A DNA stretch of 64,000 bases from Thermoleophilia bacterium (GCA_014859345.1 JACUUL010000003.1:4460-68459); one strand, 5' to 3'; positions 52,469-62,748 are shown, numbered from the stretch's first letter. The notes: generated by a model from the letters alone, not told the origin. Numbers and translations are program-made.

Positions 52469-53669
52469 TCCGGACATCGAAACAGAACTGAAAACTCTCG
52501 CTTCCGGCAACCTGCTCCGGCGTCTCAGGAATCAGCAGAGCAGGGGCGTCACCAGGGCGCTGATCGATGGCTGCGAGGCGGTCCTTTTCGCCGGCAACGA
52601 CTACCTGGGCCTGTCTGCTCATCCCCGGGTGCTGGCGGCCGCGCGCCGGGCTCTCGAACGATACGGCAGCTCCGCGGGAGCTTCACGCCTGGTCACGGGA
52701 AATCATCCTCTGTTTCAGAGCCTGGAAGAGAATCTGGCGCGTTTCAAGGGCAAGGAAGCGGCGCTGGTATTCCCATCGGGCTACATGGCCAACCTTGGAT
52801 TTCTGGCCGCGATGGCAGGGCCGGACGACCTCGTTTTCTCAGACCGGCTCTGTCACGCCAGCCTCTACGACGGCTTGCGGCTGAGCGGGGCCCGGTTCAG
52901 GCGTTACCGGCATAACGATGCCGGCCATCTGGGAAGGCTGCTGTCCCGGGAGGACCCAAAAGGCCGGCTGCTGATCGTCACCGATGGGATCTTCTCCATG
53001 GATGGCGATCTGGCGCCTCTGCCTGAGATCCGGGTTCTGGCTGACAGGCATGGATGCCTGCTGGCGGTGGATGACGCCCACGGCACCGGCGTCATCGGCC
53101 CGGGAGGCAGGGGCACGGCAACCCTTCTGGGTGTGAAGCCGGAAATCGAGACAGGCACGCTGAGCAAGGCGGCCGGCTCCTTGGGAGGATTCGTGGCCGG
53201 CAGCCGCGAGCTGGTTGACTATCTGGTGAACAAGGCCCGGCCTTTCATCTTCACCACGGGACTGCCGCCGGCTTCGGTGGCCGCGGCAGACGCCGCCCTG
53301 GGGCTCTTCGAGGAAGAAGGCTGGCGCCGGGAGCGTGTGCTGAAACTGGCTGCGCGGGCGCGCCTGGTCCTGGGCCGGGCAGGGTTCCGGATTCCCGGGA
53401 ACGGGGTCGGCCCCAACAGGGCCGAGACTTTTTCCGAAACCCCGGCCACCCCTATCGTCCCATTGATAACGGGCGACGAGAAACTGGCGCTCAGGCTTTC
53501 TTCACTCTGCCTCAACCGGGGAATATTCATCCCCGCCATCAGGAACCCCGCGGTGCCCAAGAACCAGGCGCGGCTCAGGATGACGCTCAGCGCGGCCCAT
53601 TCGGATGAGGAGCTAAACCGTGCGCTTGAGGTGCTCACCGAGTCCGGAGGCGAGCTGGGGTTAATATGA
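52455..53669 (+). CDS. bioF: 8-amino-7-oxononanoate synthase
   Basis: PLP-dependent acyltransferase: NDYLGLS, DDAHGTG and GTLSKAAGSLGG (Lys-PLP). Overlaps the bioB stop by 14 nt. Confidence 0.85.
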   Translation: MAVNNPDIETELKTLASGNLLRRLRNQQSRGVTRALIDGCEAVLFAGNDYLGLSAHPRVLAAARRALERYGSSAGASRLVTGNHPLFQSLEENLARFKGKEAALVFPSGYMANLGFLAAMAGPDDLVFSDRLCHASLYDGLRLSGARFRRYRHNDAGHLGRLLSREDPKGRLLIVTDGIFSMDGDLAPLPEIRVLADRHGCLLAVDDAHGTGVIGPGGRGTATLLGVKPEIETGTLSKAAGSLGGFVAGSRELVDYLVNKARPFIFTTGLPPASVAAADAALGLFEEEGWRRERVLKLAARARLVLGRAGFRIPGNGVGPNRAETFSETPATPIVPLITGDEKLALRLSSLCLNRGIFIPAIRNPAVPKNQARLRMTLSAAHSDEELNRALEVLTESGGELGLI

Positions 53670-55756
53670 GCGCCACGGCCACCCACCTCAAGCTGCCATC
53701 GCTCCTGGTCGCAGGTACCGATACCGGGGTGGGCAAGACAGTGGTCACGGCGCTTCTTGCCATTGCGTATCGCGGCCACGGAGTCGCCGCAGCGCCTTTC
53801 AAGCCGGTAGCCGCAGGTGTGTCCACAGGCGAAGTCTGGGCCGACACGGCCTTCCTGGCCGCGGCCGCCAGGACAAGCGAGGAGGAGACAGGGCTTTACC
53901 GGCTGAAAAAACCGCTCTCCCCGCATCTGGCAGCGGCCGATGAAGGCGTCTGCATCGACATCGCGGCCGTCATGGAGAAGTTCAATTCGCTCAGCAGCAA
54001 ATACGGCGCCGTGCTGGTCGAGGGGGCCGGAGGCATCATGGCGCCGCTTGGCGCCGGGGCCACCTTCCTTGACATGGCAGCGGCGCTGGATCTGCCGGTC
54101 GTGATCGTGACGACTGCCCGGCTGGGATCCCTCAATCACACACTGCTCACGGCCGATGCCTGCCGCGAACGGGGTCTTAAGGTGGCAGGGCTGGTAATCA
54201 ACCGCTTTCCCGCGCAGCCCGGCGAGCCCGAGCAGCGCAATCTGGCGGAACTGGGAAAGCTGACCGGCACGCCGCTGATCGCCGTGCTGCCGGAGATGGA
54301 CGTTTCGGTTGAGGACCTGAACACCGGAGATCTGGAGCGCCATGCCGGCCTTCCGGATCTTGCTGAGCTGCCAGGCGGCCTCTCGGGACGCGGGGACTAT
54401 AGCCGCGCCATCGAAGCCGACAGGAAGCACGTCTGGCATCCTTTCAGCCCCATGCGCGAATACCTGGGCGAGAAACCGCATCCGCTCATGATTGTCGGCG
54501 GACAGGGAAGCCGGCTCACGGCCAGCGACGGGCGCAGCTACATCGACGGCACCTCCTCGCTGTGGGTGAATATCCACGGCCACGGCCGTCCCGAACTGGA
54601 CGGGGCTGTGCGCCGGCAGCTGGGGCGGGTGGCGCATTCCACCCTGCTGGGTCTGTCCAACGAGCCCTCGGCGCTGCTGGCTGAGCAGCTGTCGGCAATC
54701 ACTCCCGCCGGCCTTGACCGGGTATTTTATTCCGATAACGGCTCCACCGCTGTGGAGGTGGCGCTCAAGGTTGCTTTTCAATACTGGCGCCAGGCCGGAC
54801 ACCCTGAAAAGAAAGAGTTCGTCAGTTTTGTAAATGCTTATCACGGCGACACCATCGGCTCGGTGAGCGTCGGCGGGCATGAGCTCTTCCATTCGATGTT
54901 CCGGCCGCTGCTGTTCGACGCGCATCTGGCTCCCGCGGCTTATTGCTACCGGTGTCCGGAAGGCCTCGCTCATCCTGAATGCCGGCTGGCCTGCCTCAGC
55001 GGGCTGAAAGAGATCCTCGCGAGGCGGTCCGCCAGCATCGCAGCGGTCATCGTGGAACCCAGAGTGCAGGGAGCGGCAGGCATTATCGTGCAGCCTCCGG
55101 GTTATCTGGCTGAGGTCGAAAAACTTTGCAGACGCCACGGTGTCCTGCTGGTAGCCGACGAGGTGGCCACCGGCTTCGGCCGCACCGGCACGATGTTCGC
55201 CTGCGAGCAGGAGGGTGTCGAACCCGATATTATGGCCCTGGCCAAGGGCATCACCGGCGGCTACCTGCCACTGGCTGCTACTCTTTTCAGGGAGGAGATC
55301 TACGAAGCGTTCCTGGGCCGCTACGAGGAGCTCAGGACCTTCTTCCATGGCCACACCTATACCGGCAACCCGCTGGCATGCGCGGCCGCACTGGCCAACA
55401 TCGAGCTGATCAGGCAGCCGGGTTTTCTGGAAAGGGTCAGGGAGAAGGCAAAGCTGTTCGATTCGCTGCTCGCGCGGCTGGCGGGGCTGAGGCATGCCGG
55501 CGATGTGCGCCGGATAGGGATGATGGCCGGCATTGAGCTGGTGGCCGGCCGGGGCGCCACTGAACCTTTCCCCGTCAAGGAACGCGTCGGCCGCCGGGTG
55601 ATCCTGAAAGCCAGGGAAAAGGGCGTGATCATCAGGCCGCTGGGCGACACTGTGGTCATCATGCCGCCGCTGTCCATCGGGGAAGGCGAGCTCAGGCACC
55701 TCGTCGAGGCTGCCTCCTGGGCCATCGAAGAAGTCACGGAGCGCGGCAACGGCTGA
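53666..55756 (+). CDS. bioDA: fused dethiobiotin synthetase (N) and adenosylmethionine-8-amino-7-oxononanoate aminotransferase (C)
   Basis: N-terminal ~225 aa: GTDTGVGKT, FKPVAAG, EGAGG and GSLNHTLL (BioD). After a ~45-aa linker: HVWHPF, SSLWVNIHGH, DEVATGFGRTG and LAKGITGGYLPL (BioA). Single uninterrupted frame of 696 codons. Confidence 0.85.
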   Translation: MSATATHLKLPSLLVAGTDTGVGKTVVTALLAIAYRGHGVAAAPFKPVAAGVSTGEVWADTAFLAAAARTSEEETGLYRLKKPLSPHLAAADEGVCIDIAAVMEKFNSLSSKYGAVLVEGAGGIMAPLGAGATFLDMAAALDLPVVIVTTARLGSLNHTLLTADACRERGLKVAGLVINRFPAQPGEPEQRNLAELGKLTGTPLIAVLPEMDVSVEDLNTGDLERHAGLPDLAELPGGLSGRGDYSRAIEADRKHVWHPFSPMREYLGEKPHPLMIVGGQGSRLTASDGRSYIDGTSSLWVNIHGHGRPELDGAVRRQLGRVAHSTLLGLSNEPSALLAEQLSAITPAGLDRVFYSDNGSTAVEVALKVAFQYWRQAGHPEKKEFVSFVNAYHGDTIGSVSVGGHELFHSMFRPLLFDAHLAPAAYCYRCPEGLAHPECRLACLSGLKEILARRSASIAAVIVEPRVQGAAGIIVQPPGYLAEVEKLCRRHGVLLVADEVATGFGRTGTMFACEQEGVEPDIMALAKGITGGYLPLAATLFREEIYEAFLGRYEELRTFFHGHTYTGNPLACAAALANIELIRQPGFLERVREKAKLFDSLLARLAGLRHAGDVRRIGMMAGIELVAGRGATEPFPVKERVGRRVILKAREKGVIIRPLGDTVVIMPPLSIGEGELRHLVEAASWAIEEVTERGNG

Positions 55757-55897
55757 GTGCTCAGCTCAAAATGTCGGACGGGACGGCGTTGCCTGTCATT
55801 CCGGTTGGTGTCTGGCCTTTCATCCCGGGAGCGGCGGGCGGCGGGGGACCTTCTTTATGGACTGGAGACGAATGCAAAATACACGCGGACAAACAAT

Positions 55898-56563
55898 ATG
55901 ATGCCTTCCTGTTTTCCTGTGGCGGTTGAGCGGTGGCGGGACCGCGGTTACATAGTCGTGTCGGGCAATGCGGGACAGAAATGTCGTGCGGGGCTCGGGA
56001 TCCACGGCTACGGGGGCAATAGCGAAGAGATGCTGGGGCTTGCCGTCAGCCTGGCCTGCCGCCTCCCTCTGAAGCTGCTGCTTTTCGACCTGCCGGGCCA
56101 TGGCGGGGCCGCGTCGGTTCGGCTTACCTTGCCGGCAGCCACCAGAGCGCTCACTGAGGCGCTCGGGGCCCTGGATGATCCGGACTTCCTGGTCGGCCAC
56201 AGCCTGGGGGCGCGCCTGGGCTTGAACGCGCGGACTTTGAAATCCGCCGCGCTGCTTTCCATGCCCGGGAGGCCCGTCTTCGAGGGCAGCCGTTCGCGGA
56301 TGCTCAGAATTTTGAGAGCCAGGCGCGTGAACGAGACCTCTCCGCTTAGCGGGCTGAGGGAGATCCTTGCCGGAGAGGCCCGGCCGGCGGAAAAGACGCT
56401 GCTTCTTTGCGCGCGCCGGGACCTCGAGTCCGTCACCGAGTTGGCGGACGCCTGGGAGAAAGCCGGGGTTTCCTGCTTCAGGATCGAAGACTGCGGCCAC
56501 AACGACATTATCAGCGCCCCGGGAACCGCGGAGGCCATAGCCGGATGGCTGAAAGAGAATTGA
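55898..56563 (+). CDS. alpha/beta-hydrolase, candidate pimeloyl-ACP methyl ester esterase (BioH/BioG-function analogue)
   Basis: HGYGGN, nucleophile elbow GHSLG and C-terminal CGHND (His). Sits between bioDA and bioC. Internal ATG at 55898 chosen. Confidence 0.5.
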   Translation: MMPSCFPVAVERWRDRGYIVVSGNAGQKCRAGLGIHGYGGNSEEMLGLAVSLACRLPLKLLLFDLPGHGGAASVRLTLPAATRALTEALGALDDPDFLVGHSLGARLGLNARTLKSAALLSMPGRPVFEGSRSRMLRILRARRVNETSPLSGLREILAGEARPAEKTLLLCARRDLESVTELADAWEKAGVSCFRIEDCGHNDIISAPGTAEAIAGWLKEN

Positions 56564-57396
56564 GATCAAAAACGTTACTGCGGCCGGCGGATTTCTTCCA
56601 GCAGAACGCGGCCGATTACGACACGCCTTTTCACGGCGCCTTTTACCGGCGCGTGGCAGCGAAGCTGATCGGGATGATTCCGTCCCGGATATCTCCAAGC
56701 TCCATACTGGAGATAGGAGCCGGCACCGGTTTTGCCACCCGGCTGCTTGAGGAGCGTTTCCCCAAAGCCCGCGTCATGGCCCTGGAGCCTTCTCCGGAAA
56801 TGCTGGCCCGGGGCCGGCGGCGCGCTGCCGGCGCTGACTGGCTATGCCAGCCGCTTAACGGGATGCCGCCTGGGAATTTTGACCTGGTATTTTCGTCCAT
56901 GTCATTTCACTGGCTGGATGAACATGAACGGGAGAAGATGATCAGGCTGGCAGGCGGCGGCGTCCTTGCCATGGCGCTGCCCGCCGCGGGCGGTCCGCGC
57001 CTGAAGGGAAACACCGCCATGCTGGAACTGGCGCGCCGGCTTCATGAGCCCGGCAAGGACCGCAAAGGGACCTTGCCCCGGCGGATACGTCATCCCCGCA
57101 ACATGGTATCTGTCCTGGAAAAGCACTTTCGACGAACTTCCCGTGAAAGCCTGAGCCTGCCGGAGAGATACTATACCATCGAAGAACTGGCCCGGAGCCT
57201 CCACACGCGGGGAGCGCTGTACGCGCTCTTCGAGGATAAGGCGGAGCTGGCCGGCCGGCTGCTGGCGGCGCGCCAGGACGGGAATATCGAATTCAATTGG
57301 CAGATAGCGCTGTTCGTGGCGGAGGGAGGCCGGACGGGATCGGCGCAACCCTGTGACCGCGGCTCATGGAGACAGGGTCGCCTCACCGCTGAATAG
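56545..57396 (+). CDS. bioC: malonyl-ACP O-methyltransferase-like class I SAM methyltransferase
   Basis: ILEIGAGTGFAT SAM motif, DLVFSSMSFHWL, and operon context. The ATG at 56545 overlaps the esterase stop. Confidence 0.65.
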   Translation: MAERELRSKTLLRPADFFQQNAADYDTPFHGAFYRRVAAKLIGMIPSRISPSSILEIGAGTGFATRLLEERFPKARVMALEPSPEMLARGRRRAAGADWLCQPLNGMPPGNFDLVFSSMSFHWLDEHEREKMIRLAGGGVLAMALPAAGGPRLKGNTAMLELARRLHEPGKDRKGTLPRRIRHPRNMVSVLEKHFRRTSRESLSLPERYYTIEELARSLHTRGALYALFEDKAELAGRLLAARQDGNIEFNWQIALFVAEGGRTGSAQPCDRGSWRQGRLTAE

Positions 57397-58344
57397 CGCC
57401 TGCATCTTCCCTTCCGCTTCCCGGACCAGCAGGCGGCCTTCGGCGTCGATGCCGGCGGCGGTGCCGCTGATCAAGCCCTCAGGAGTCGTCACATCCACCC
57501 GCCGGCCTTCCAGAAGGTCATGCTGCTCGAAACTGCTCCTGATGGCCTGAAGCCCTGCTTCATTACGTGATTCAGAATATACGCGGTCCAGCTCGTTGAG
57601 GATGGCCGCCGCCAGGGCGCGGCGGGAGAAGCTGCGATCAAACTCCTGGGCCAGCGATGTCGCCCGCCCGGCCAGTTCCGTCCCCGAAAACTCGTTGTTC
57701 ACATTGAGGCCGGCGCTGGCTATCGCCCATCTGACCCTGTCCAGCTCCGCGGCCGTCTCCACCAGCACCCCACCCAGCTTCTTCCCATTCAAATAGACGT
57801 CGTTGGGCCATTTCAAGTCTGTTGCCGCGGCGGCGCCGGTTTCCTTCCTGACCACCTGGTCGACCGCCCGTTTAACCGCGAGGGCGGTCCCCAGGCTCAG
57901 CAGCGGCACACGCGTGGGGTTGAGGCGGGGATAGAGGATGACCGAGATAGCGATGGCGGTTCCCGGCGGGGTAATCCAGGAACGTCCCATGCGGCCGCGT
58001 CCCGCTGTCTGGCTTTCGGCGACCACCACCGTGCCCTCGGGCGCGCCCTCGTCGATCAGCCGGCGGGCGGCGTCGGCGGTAGAACCGGTTTCTTCAAAGT
58101 GAATTATGCGGGAACCGATGACACCGGCTCTCAGGAACCGCCTCAGCTCGTCCGGCAGCAGCTTGTCGGGCCTGCCGGCCAGGCGGTACCCATGCCGGGG
58201 GGCGGCTTCGATGGCGTATCCCCGCTGGCGGAGCTTCCCGATATGCTTCCAGACCGCCGAGCGGGTGATGCCCAGCTCGCGGCTGATGGAGGCTCCCGAG
58301 GTGTATTCTTCCGCGCTGAGCTGAGAAAGTACCCGGCTTTCCAT
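57364..58344 (-). CDS. birA: bifunctional biotin-[acetyl-CoA-carboxylase] ligase and transcriptional repressor
   Basis: N-terminal wHTH ISRELGITRSAVWKHIGKLRQRGY, ligase core GRGRMGRSW and KWPNDVYL. Confidence 0.88.
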   Translation of the reverse strand: MESRVLSQLSAEEYTSGASISRELGITRSAVWKHIGKLRQRGYAIEAAPRHGYRLAGRPDKLLPDELRRFLRAGVIGSRIIHFEETGSTADAARRLIDEGAPEGTVVVAESQTAGRGRMGRSWITPPGTAIAISVILYPRLNPTRVPLLSLGTALAVKRAVDQVVRKETGAAAATDLKWPNDVYLNGKKLGGVLVETAAELDRVRWAIASAGLNVNNEFSGTELAGRATSLAQEFDRSFSRRALAAAILNELDRVYSESRNEAGLQAIRSSFEQHDLLEGRRVDVTTPEGLISGTAAGIDAEGRLLVREAEGKMQALFSGEATLSP

Positions 58345-58520
58345 GCCTGGCGATGAAGCAAATTCGCCAGCTGCTTCTCCCTGCCTGGATGGCATCAAGC
58401 ACCCCCCGGAAAGACAAAATCAAATATTTCCTTCAACGACATCTCAACGATTCCCGGCCGGCAACCTGCCCTTTCATCCCCAGCGAACGGCGATCGCCGC
58501 ATAAGCTTCCAAAATGGCCT

Positions 58521-59405
58521 TCACAACACCAGTTTTTCCATTTCCAGGGAGATGTCGATCGCCGGGGCCGAGTGGGTAAGGATCCCGATGGAGATGACAT
58601 CCGCGCCCGCCTCGGCATAGGCTCGAACGTTTCCCGGATCGATGCCGCCGGAAGCTTCTATGACCACCCTGCCGCCCGCGATCTGGACACATTCACGCAC
58701 CAGCGCCGGCCTCATGTTGTCCAGCAGTACCGTGTTCGCACCGGCCCGGATGGCGTCCTCCAGCTCCGAGACAGTATCAGCTTCCACCTCAATGTCAACA
58801 TCGGCGCCCAAAGAGTCCCGCGCGGCTTTTACGGCCGCGGCCACCGATCCCGCGGCGATTATGTGGTTGTCCTTGATCAGCACAGCGTCATAAAGCCCCA
58901 GGCGGTGCGATTCGCCGCCGCCGTCGCGGACGGCCTGCTTCTCCAGGAGCCGGAGTCCCGGAAGCGTCTTGCGGGTGGCGGCGATCCGGGCGGGCAGCCC
59001 TTCCAGCAGCATGACGAACCTTCGTGTCAGCGTAGCCACTCCCGAAAGATGCGCAATAAAATTTATGACAGTGCGCTCGGCTTTGAGAATGGAGACAGTG
59101 GCGCCCTCGATACGCGCCATCTCCGCCCCGGCGGGCATCTGCCTGCCGTCCTCCACCAGCGGCAGCCAGGTAAGCGATGAATCAACCTGCCGGCAAACTT
59201 CGCGGCCGGCATCCAGACCCGATACGGTGCAGGCATCCCGGGCGATCAGCCGGGCCGCGTCCCGGTCTCGGGGTGTGAAGATTGCCTGGGAGGTGATGTC
59301 CCCCTTCTCACCCAGGTCCTCAGCAAGCGCCAGCTCTACCAGGCGCTCAAGCTGCCTGCGTCCGGACGCGCCGAGCTCCTCTCTGCTTTCATTTCCCATG
59401 ACCAT
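58521..59405 (-). CDS. nadC: nicotinate-nucleotide diphosphorylase (carboxylating)
   Basis: ALAEDLG..GDITS, TRKT.PGLR, IKDNH and LDNM motifs. Confidence 0.9.
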   Translation of the reverse strand: MVMGNESREELGASGRRQLERLVELALAEDLGEKGDITSQAIFTPRDRDAARLIARDACTVSGLDAGREVCRQVDSSLTWLPLVEDGRQMPAGAEMARIEGATVSILKAERTVINFIAHLSGVATLTRRFVMLLEGLPARIAATRKTLPGLRLLEKQAVRDGGGESHRLGLYDAVLIKDNHIIAAGSVAAAVKAARDSLGADVDIEVEADTVSELEDAIRAGANTVLLDNMRPALVRECVQIAGGRVVIEASGGIDPGNVRAYAEAGADVISIGILTHSAPAIDISLEMEKLVL

Positions 59406-59459
59406 TTTTTCCCTTGGGGTTTTCGGTACGGACGGGACCGTTGCCGCCTGGTGGCCTTG

Positions 59460-61100
59460 TCATCCCTCGAGCAGCGGAGATCGCTTCCGTTCATCCTCTG
59501 CTTCCCGCAGGCGGAAATTGATATGATGCTTCCAGTTGGCGTCGTCAGTCTCCGGGAAGTCTTCCCTGAGGTGCGCGCCCCGGCTCTCCTGTCTGAGCAG
59601 GGCCGCCCGGACCACATGAACGGACACGGTCAGGAGGTTGAACAGCTCATACTCCTCCAGGTCGGCCCGGGGAGCCTGGAGGGAACTGTGCAGGCGGCGC
59701 AGCTCCTCAAGCGCCGTCAGCATGCCGTCCTCGCTGCGCACCGTTCCCACGTACCTGGACATCATCGTCTGCAGGTGGCGCCGTCCCCCGGCAATCTCCT
59801 CCGGGCGGTTGCCCTTGCGGGAAGGCCCGGGCAGGTCGATCTCCAGCCGGCGCACCAGTTCCTCCATGTCCACGATATAACGGTCGAGATCGCGCACGAT
59901 CCTGTCAGAGAAAACAAGTCCTTCCAGCAGCGAGTTGCTGGCCAGCCGGTTGGCCCCGTGCACGCCGGTGTTGGCGACCTCGCCGCTGGCGTACAGCCCT
60001 GGGAGCGTGGAGCGGCCCCACACGTCCGTGACTATGCCGCCGATCATGTAATGACAGACCGGGGCGATGGGAATCTTGTCATGGCACAGGTCATAGCCTT
60101 TTTCCCTGAGGGTCTCGGACACGTTCGGAAAACGCTGTCTGAGCATGTCGCAGTCGAGATGCGTGGCATCCAGGAACAGGAAATCCTTGCCGGCGTCCTG
60201 CATCTGCCTTACCATTTCCTTTACCACCACATCACGGGGACCCAGTTCAGCCCGGGGATCGACGCCCACCATGAAGCGCTCGCCGGCGTGGTTGAGCAGA
60301 TAGGCGCCCTCGCCCCGGAGAGCCTCGGTGATGAGAAAGATGGGCGATTCGTCGGAGTAAAGCCCGGTGGGATGGAACTGGACGAATTCCATGTCGCCGA
60401 TGGCGGCGCCCGCCCGCCAGGCCATGGCCATGCCATCGCCTGTGGCTATCCTGGGGTTGGTGGTTAGAGAGTAGATTTGCCCGCTGCCTCCGGTCGCCAG
60501 AACTGTCGCCGTGGCGAAGTTGAGCGTGAAGTCGCCGGTCCGCAAATCGAGCGAAACCGCCCCGATGCATCGGCCGCCGTTGGTAAGCAGGTCCACCACA
60601 AACTCGTTCTCCAGGACTTGCACCCGGGAACCATGCCGCATGGCCTCGGCCAGAGCGCTGGTAACCTGCATGCCGGTGGCGTCACCGCCGGCATGGACGA
60701 TGCGCGGCACGGTGTGGGCGCCCTCGCTGGCCAGCACCAAATCGTCTCCGGCCCGGTCGAACTTTGGACAGATCTCCATGAGCTCCCTGACGCGCAGAGG
60801 CCCCTCTTCCACCAGGATCCGCACCGCCTCCTCGCGGCACAATCCCGCTCCGGCGCGGATGGTATCCTCGAAATGAAGATCGGCCGAGTCCTGCTCGCTC
60901 AAGGCCGCTGCGATGCCACCCTGGGCCAGAAAGGTGGTGGTGTCCCTGAGGACGCTTTTGGTGATAAGGGCAACTTTCCATTTGCGGGCGGCGCCCACGG
61001 CGGCTGTAAGCCCGCCGATACCGCTGCCGATGACGATCACGTCATAAAAGCGACGGGAAGGACTGGAATCGGTGGCCGCCAGCAGGTACGGCCGCGTCAT
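59460..61100 (-). CDS. nadB: L-aspartate oxidase
   Basis: FAD motif DVIVIGSGIGGLTAA, plus ATGG, FHPT, GLYASGEV and RLASNSLLEG. Confidence 0.9.
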   Translation of the reverse strand: MTRPYLLAATDSSPSRRFYDVIVIGSGIGGLTAAVGAARKWKVALITKSVLRDTTTFLAQGGIAAALSEQDSADLHFEDTIRAGAGLCREEAVRILVEEGPLRVRELMEICPKFDRAGDDLVLASEGAHTVPRIVHAGGDATGMQVTSALAEAMRHGSRVQVLENEFVVDLLTNGGRCIGAVSLDLRTGDFTLNFATATVLATGGSGQIYSLTTNPRIATGDGMAMAWRAGAAIGDMEFVQFHPTGLYSDESPIFLITEALRGEGAYLLNHAGERFMVGVDPRAELGPRDVVVKEMVRQMQDAGKDFLFLDATHLDCDMLRQRFPNVSETLREKGYDLCHDKIPIAPVCHYMIGGIVTDVWGRSTLPGLYASGEVANTGVHGANRLASNSLLEGLVFSDRIVRDLDRYIVDMEELVRRLEIDLPGPSRKGNRPEEIAGGRRHLQTMMSRYVGTVRSEDGMLTALEELRRLHSSLQAPRADLEEYELFNLLTVSVHVVRAALLRQESRGAHLREDFPETDDANWKHHINFRLREAEDERKRSPLLEG

Positions 61101-61215
61101 CTGTCTGAGGTCGTCGGTTGAAGTGGCATAGTCATGAGTGGATTATATCCCTGATATGGCCTGTGAAGCCATTCGCAATAGGGGAACCGCGCCGCCCGAT
61201 GCCTATGGGCGCGCC

Positions 61216-62130
61216 TCAGATATAGGAGACCATGGCCTCCACGGCGGCCAGCGCCCGGGCGCGGATGTCCTCCGGCAGCCTGATCTCGTAACGATCTTCC
61301 CTAAGTGTCTTGATCGCCTTGGAAAGCGTAGTCATCTTCATGTTCGGACAGATGGCCTTCTTCGTGGGAGAGTAGAATTCCTTGTCCGGATTCTCTTTCT
61401 TGAGGCGGTAGTTGAGTCCCATCTCTGTGGCGATGATGAACTCTTTGGCATCCGACGCCTTGCAGTAGCGCAACATGCCGGAGGTGCTCTCTATGGCGTC
61501 GGCTATATTTTGTACCTCGGGCAGGCATTCGGGATGACCCACCACCAACGCGGCGGGATGTTCCTTTTTGGAGCCGAGAACATCCTCCGCCGTGATGTAT
61601 TCGTGTGTGGGGCAATATCCTTCCCACATGATCAGCCTGCGGCCGGTCATTTTCTCCACATAGAGCCCCAGGTTGCGGTCCGGGATGAAAATGATTTCCC
61701 TGTCCTCCGGAATTTTGGAGACCACCTTGGCGGCGTTGGCGCTGGTGCAGCAGATGTCGGTCTCGGCCTTCACCGCGGCGGATGTGTTGACATAGGCGAC
61801 CACCAGGGCCCCGGGATGCTCGTCCCTGAGCCGGGCGACGTCCGCGGCGGATATCATGTCCGCCATGGGGCAGCCTGCTTTTATCTCCGCGATGAGCACC
61901 TTTTTGTCCGGCGACAGGATATGGGCGGTCTCGGCCATGAAGTGCACCCCGCAGAAGAGGATTATCTTCGCGTCGGTGCCGGCGGCCATCCGCGAAAGTT
62001 CCAGGGAATCGCCGACAAAATCGGCGGCGTCCTGGACTTCCGGCCGCTGGTAGTTATGGGCGATGATGATGGCGTCTTTCTTGAGGGCGAGCTCCCTCAG
62101 TTCGGCCTGCATTGGACCGTAATCCACCAA
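61216..62130 (-). CDS. nadA: quinolinate synthase
   Basis: IIAHNYQ, DFVGDSL, GVHFMAETA, CPMA and YVNTSA motifs. Confidence 0.9.
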   Translation of the reverse strand: MVDYGPMQAELRELALKKDAIIIAHNYQRPEVQDAADFVGDSLELSRMAAGTDAKIILFCGVHFMAETAHILSPDKKVLIAEIKAGCPMADMISAADVARLRDEHPGALVVAYVNTSAAVKAETDICCTSANAAKVVSKIPEDREIIFIPDRNLGLYVEKMTGRRLIMWEGYCPTHEYITAEDVLGSKKEHPAALVVGHPECLPEVQNIADAIESTSGMLRYCKASDAKEFIIATEMGLNYRLKKENPDKEFYSPTKKAICPNMKMTTLSKAIKTLREDRYEIRLPEDIRARALAAVEAMVSYI

Positions 62131-62197
62131 TTTTTAAGTTCCTCCCGGATATCAAGAACTACGTCATATTATGCCTTATTTGCCGCCCTCTTGTTGT

Positions 62198-62731
62198 CTA
62201 TAGCGGCAACGGCCCCTTCTTCTCGACGCGGCTCTGGTCGGACAGCGCCGCCAGGGCGTCTCCCACGGAACCGCCGCCGGGCAGCACCGCTTCAGGCGCT
62301 ATCTCGGCCAGCGGCGCCAGCATGAAAGCCCGCTCGAGCAGGCGCGGATGGGGCAGTTCCAGCTCTTTATGCGATATTTCTACTTGCTCGTACAACAGGA
62401 TGTCAAGGTCGATTGTGCGCGGTCCCAGGGGAACCCTTCCCTCACGGCCTCCCAGCTCCCTTTCTATCCTCTGGCAGGCATGCAGCAGGTCAAATGGCTG
62501 CAAAGTGGTCTTGAGCCCGGCCGCGATGTTGAGGAAATCCGGCTGCCTGAGATTGCTCACCGGCTCGGTGACATAGACGGAAGAGACTCGTGTCACCTCA
62601 ATGTCCGGCTCTTCGTTCAGCTTGTTGACGGCCGCCGCCAGGTTGGCGGCACAGTCACCGAGATTGCATCCCAGAGAGAGGTACGCGGTTGACGACCTCA
62701 CTTCTTTGTAGGCCGCGACAAGATCATTCAC
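62198..62731 (-). CDS. folK: 2-amino-4-hydroxy-6-hydroxymethyldihydropteridine diphosphokinase
   Basis: AYLSLGCNLGD, GPRTIDLDILLY and LPHPRLLERAF motifs. Confidence 0.88.
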   Translation of the reverse strand: MNDLVAAYKEVRSSTAYLSLGCNLGDCAANLAAAVNKLNEEPDIEVTRVSSVYVTEPVSNLRQPDFLNIAAGLKTTLQPFDLLHACQRIERELGGREGRVPLGPRTIDLDILLYEQVEISHKELELPHPRLLERAFMLAPLAEIAPEAVLPGGGSVGDALAALSDQSRVEKKGPLPL

Positions 62732-62748
62732 GCGGAGATCATCCCTCC

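Noticed and set aside
53219-55699. 826-aa ORF on the minus strand, plus similar long antisense ORFs (35589..37340, 59451..60467, 61138..62325, 62794..63879, 34353..35264, 3874..4785, 4445..5293)
   Set aside because: Each lies opposite a gene with clear family motifs (bioF/bioDA, the ABC permease, nadB, nadA, folB/folP, the bEBP, the flippase-like gene). Their translations are low-complexity Arg/Gly/Pro/His-rich. These are stop-poor antisense frames expected in GC-rich DNA.
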